From: Entomortierella parvispora E1425
Taxonomy: Eukaryota > Fungi > Mortierellomycota
DNA length: 64,000 bases
Reading direction: 5' to 3'
Assembly (NCBI GenBank): GCA_020891255.1
Contig: BQFW01000010.1
Location: 744,001-808,000 of the forward strand
Every line of letters starts with the position of its first letter. The first letter of the stretch is position 1. Below, in pieces: positions 59,856 through 64,000 of the stretch. The notes below the pieces were generated by a model. The model searched no databases and was not told the DNA's origin. It worked only from the letters and a program-made list of their open reading frames with translations. The translations under genes and the position numbers were made by a program.

Positions 59856-61781
59856 TTATCCCTGGCTTTCTGCCGGTTGAGAAAGGGTATTGGTTTCAAC
59901 TATCGCGGCTACGGCTGCCACAACCGATTCGGGCGTTGGTGGAATGTCCAGAATATGATTCGAGATGAATGTTGGCTGCTCATGAGTAGACGACCTTGGC
60001 TTTTGATCGAGGGTAGCCACTTTCGAATCCTCGTGCGCCAGCAGCTCCGGATCGACCGTTCTTTCTGTGGGGCTCGATCCTTCACCGCTCTCTTGCGCCT
60101 TCTCCATGAGGGCCTTATATGTTTGAATAAGTCGAACGGAGCGATCTACGATGTGATGTGGGTCCTGACTGAACTGCAAAGCGGCAATTTTCTTCATAAG
60201 TCGACCAATTTTAGTGTCCTGTGGGTTTTAAAAAAGGCTTTAGCATTCCTTTACTCGCAGAGTGCTGCACAATATCCTCCTTGAAAAAAATAATACCTTA
60301 AGCATCTGTAGGTCAATCTCAAAGGACTCAACTTCCGCGAGTATAGGATCTGCTCTCTGCAAGTTCTGTGCTCAATAAAAGGCGTATAATGATGAGTTAG
60401 AATGCGTTGTAGGAAATATAATCCGAAAGTTGGCGATAATTAGTCCGTATTTTTAGAGTAATACCTGGACCAAGACCTCGTCCGAATGGCCTTCCACAAG
60501 CAAAAGCTTTTGCAGTTTGTGACGCAGCTTAAGTAAGCGCTCATTGGGTTGACCACCTATTACGATTAGTGTCGAGATAAATAATGTTGGAAATCAACTT
60601 TGGCGAGAAATCGCTCACTTCAATATATGACAGAACGTACTTCGAATCTTTTTCTTGACACGGCTATGATCACCAGAGTCTCCAGCGTCCTCGTCTGATC
60701 TCCGGCGATTGGGGTTCACATCTGTAGCGCTGGGGTCGTCATCACCACTCCTCTTGTCAGATTCTGTTTGACTTCGACCAACAATGCTTGCACGCTTCTT
60801 TGGCTGCATAGAGCACAGCTGTTATTAGTAAACTGATACCCTGATGAGTAATGTCCACGCTTCATATTGTGTCTCTCACCTTTGGTGCATCATCTTCGTC
60901 ATCGTCATCGTCTGCAGCGATAGCTCTCTTTGCCGGTTTGCGCTTTGCAGATTCATCGGTGGTTGATCCTTTCTTTTTCTTCTCTGACGTGTCGGCCTTC
61001 GTTTTCTTTGGTTTTGCAGCCGCCTTCTTGCGAGGTATGGGTTCCTGACTGAAGGCATCGTCTTCGTCGTGGTCGTGATCATCGTCCTCTTCCAAGACAA
61101 CGGTTGACGCCCTGTGAGCAATAAGGGAAGGATCCAACGCTTCGCTGAGAGCTGTCCGTAAAGCATTCCCCTTTTTGAGAGACGACTTTGCTTTTTCAGC
61201 CGAAGCAGGATCAAAAGCCTTCAGCTCAGAAGGGCCAAACCAGCCACTAGTATAGAAATACGAATATATTAGAGAAATGAATGGTTGTGTCTCAAACGGC
61301 AGTACCACTGAGCTCCACTGCATTCCGTTCGCTTGATAATGACAACAGCTCTCCGAGCTCCTGATAGTATGTTGTTCGTGAATCAGATATAGGTCGACGG
61401 CATATTGTTCACTTTGGCCAATTCTCGGAAGGACGGCACAGAACGTCGATTCTTGAACCACAAGGTCATTTCCAGCAGAAAGTTATCAACGAAATAATCA
61501 TCTGAAGGCCTGACAGCACCAGAACTTACTAGTCATACGACCCAAAAAAGAAGACTGGCCAGATTGGGCGCTGTTTGGGTTTTTTGCTGCTAACGTTGTC
61601 AGGAAGATCCTCTGGGGCCTCGATCTATTGAGGTATGCAAAATCTGTCAGTGTATAGAAAGGAGCAGCAAGTCCCGTGGGAACAAGGTCATGACTGGTTC
61701 GGCTCTCTTTACACGCGCTGGCCACCACGGATAGCCTTTAAGCTTGGCGAAAACAGTGGTTCCGGTCGGAAAGTCGGTCAT
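59856..61781 (-). CDS. PWWP-domain protein with a C-terminal TFIIS-N/IBD-like helical bundle (Pdp3/LEDGF-like architecture), multi-exon
   Basis: The first exon is missed by the ORF track: MTDFPTGTTVFAKLKGYPWWPAR. Later exons: GWFGPSELKAF, LLKLRHKLQK, TKIGRLMKKI. Confidence 0.8.
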
Positions 61782-62649
61782 GACTAATGAGTAATGATAT
61801 GATCACGTATGGTATGTTGTTTGGTAGGGTCGGTCGATAGGCTATGGGTAGCGCGACTTTCTGCTGGCAGCGGGACTGAATCGGATCCAGCAAGCGGTGA
61901 TGTATGAATGGATTGAGGGTGAGAGAGAAAAAGAGAGGGAAAATAGAAAGAAAGAGAGAGCGCGCGTTCCGTGTATGAGTAATTCGGGCAGAGGGTGATG
62001 TTCTCCAGTGGTCCTGTCTGACGTTCGAGGCGGAGATGGTGCGTCCGTGGTCGTCCTGCAAGGATGGGAGAGTGGTTCAGAGAAGAAAAGAAGAAAGAGG
62101 AGAGAGAAGGGGGGAGAGAGTAAAAAAAAAATCTTTTTCTTGCGAGCCGTGTGTCGGTGTCGGTGTCTGTGTGTGCTCTCGTTTGCGTGCTCTGTCTGGG
62201 TGCCCTGCATTGAACTGGACTGCGAGGCACAATCCCTCCCCGTCCTGGCCTGTCTTTTCATCCAGAAGAGCCTGTCTCTAAGCCACAATGTCGCTGCAGT
62301 GTCGGCGATTAATCTATATTCTATCACGTGAATGCTAACTAAGACTAAGGGGTGGGGGAGGGGGATTTCGACTGTTTTGTGGCGGTTTACGGTGTGTGGT
62401 GTGCCGTGGTACGCCCTTTTGCTGGTTTGCATCTCTCTTTCTCTTCGTTGCATCCATTCATTGCTTCTTCCCTGCTACCTACCCCTCTTCTCTGTCTGTC
62501 TTGTCTGTCCCATGCCCTCGGTTGAGGTGAATTCTTTTGATCCGATTCTCCCTCCATCTCATTCCCCCTCTTCACTCATCGCATCTCTCTTGTCCTTGTT
62601 GCTTTGCTCATACTCCGTCGTGCTGGCGTCGTCGTAGGATATTGCAGTT

Positions 62650-64000
62650 ATGACCGGACTCTCTCAATCCACAAGTGGCAGGATTACTTCTACCGAATTA
62701 AAAGATGGCACTGTCATATCTATCAATGGTAAGCACTCTTGTCATCATAACAGCGCTGTTGTCAGCCAGACTGGTTGACAAAGAGCGGAACCTCGGGGAC
62801 AACCCAGCGTCCTAGTGTTTCTCAACTGAATGACAGCGTCGCAGCATCTGTGAGACTGGGATACAGGACCTTTCGTCCATTTCCACTTATTTCCTATGTT
62901 CTAATCGACTGCTGGATGCATAGATCATGTATACATGGCTTCAGAGTTCACTGGAGAGTCATATTATATTGGACGAGTAATGGAGTTTGGAAAACTGATC
63001 AAAGGGAAGCCCCTTCAAGTGAGGGTGGGCTGGTACTATCGCCCTAAAGATGTAATGGCAAGGAAGAACCATGACCCTCGACTCCTCGTGGCGACCATGC
63101 ACTCTGATATGAACCCCGTTTCTAGCATCCGTGGCCGTTGCACTGTCCTCCACCAGGCTTACATTTCAGATCTGGATAGCTACAAAAAAATCCCGGATCA
63201 TTTTTACTACAATCAGCTTTTTGACCGATATATCCATCGGTTCTACGACGTGCTCCCTGTAGAATCCGTACGTAATCTACCATCAGACGTGGCAGAAGAG
63301 CTTGGTAGACGGTATCAGTATATCGTGGTTGAGGCTGGAACTGCTTCAGAATATACAGACGCTCACAGGGTTTGTCTGATCTGCAAGCGTTGGTGTGCAA
63401 GGTACTTACGAAGTTCTAAACTGATGGAGGAGCGCAGTTGCTCAAATATTGAGGTTTATTATGAAATCCTCAAATCTAATGAGCCCTGAGACTGAATCAT
63501 ACCTTCGCTATACTTATCGCACACTCTCCACTCTGACATAGTGGCGAGGCGCTAAAGTGTATCATGTGCCATGGATTCCACCATATGTTATGCATTAACC
63601 CACCTATGCTTCGAAAGCCTTCTAAAGGGTTCGCTTTTCAGTGTGCAGTCTGTACAAAGCTCGCCATGGAATCCCCCTCCTTGCCGCCAGGGCCGAAAAC
63701 ATCTGCCAATAACAACAGCAGCAACATCAACAGCAGTAATGGTGTCACCGTTGGTTCTAGCGCTTCATCTGGACAAAACTCGCCTCGAGGATCTCCCAAG
63801 CAGACATCTGTATCCACTCTAACGGTCATTCCGACTGCCAATGGTCACTCTGGTGGCCCAAACTCACGCACCAATTCTCGAATTGGGTCAAACGCTATTT
63901 CGTTCACTACTGCTCCACAGGAAGAAAAAATGTCCCACATGTGGCCATTTCGATACTTTGGGACACATGCAGACATCCGTGACATTTTCGGTATGGTTTT
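62650..64000 (+). CDS. SNT2: SNT2-like BAH-PHD chromatin protein, 5' part (runs off the window)
   Basis: BAH (YYIGRVMEF…VGWYYRPKD…LLVATMHSD…IRGRC…FYYNQLFDRYIHRFYDV), followed by a PHD (CIMCHGFHHMLCINPPMLRKPSKGFAFQCAVC). Confidence 0.82.

Overview
Eukaryotic, fungal-looking DNA. Small spliceosomal introns and an INTS6 homologue suggest an early-diverging fungus such as Mortierellaceae (inference). Positions 1 to ~53,090 are one uninterrupted nest of transposable elements with no host gene. I resolved at least 8 Ty3/gypsy LTR families by hand (my labels A-H), one Tc1 remnant and one two-gene IS630/Tc1-type DD34E element. Four Ty3 insertions are intact, with matching target-site duplications (TSDs) and near-identical LTRs, so they are young: E 1738-7724 (GATAG), D 8372-14353 (AATAC), C 37322-42387 (AGTAC) and A2 43554-51546 (ACGT). 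Many other LTRs have mismatched flanks, pointing to LTR-LTR recombination. Positions 53.2-64 kb hold four host chromatin/transcription genes: NKAP, INTS6, a PWWP + TFIIS-N protein and an SNT2-like gene. The strongest candidate for something new is the A/B LTR family. It has no chromodomain, makes 4-bp TSDs centred on CpG/YR, has a tRNA-Ala-type PBS and a purine tract each set back 12-13 nt from the LTR ends, and includes two LTR types sharing only their tips and a ~148-bp core; B may be a non-coding partner of A. Also notable are a ~1-kb LTR hairpin with a 63-nt loop and a DD34E transposon with an unknown convergent second gene. Caveats: coordinates were counted by eye (a few nt of error possible). 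Many pol frameshifts are homopolymer-length differences between copies and may be consensus errors.
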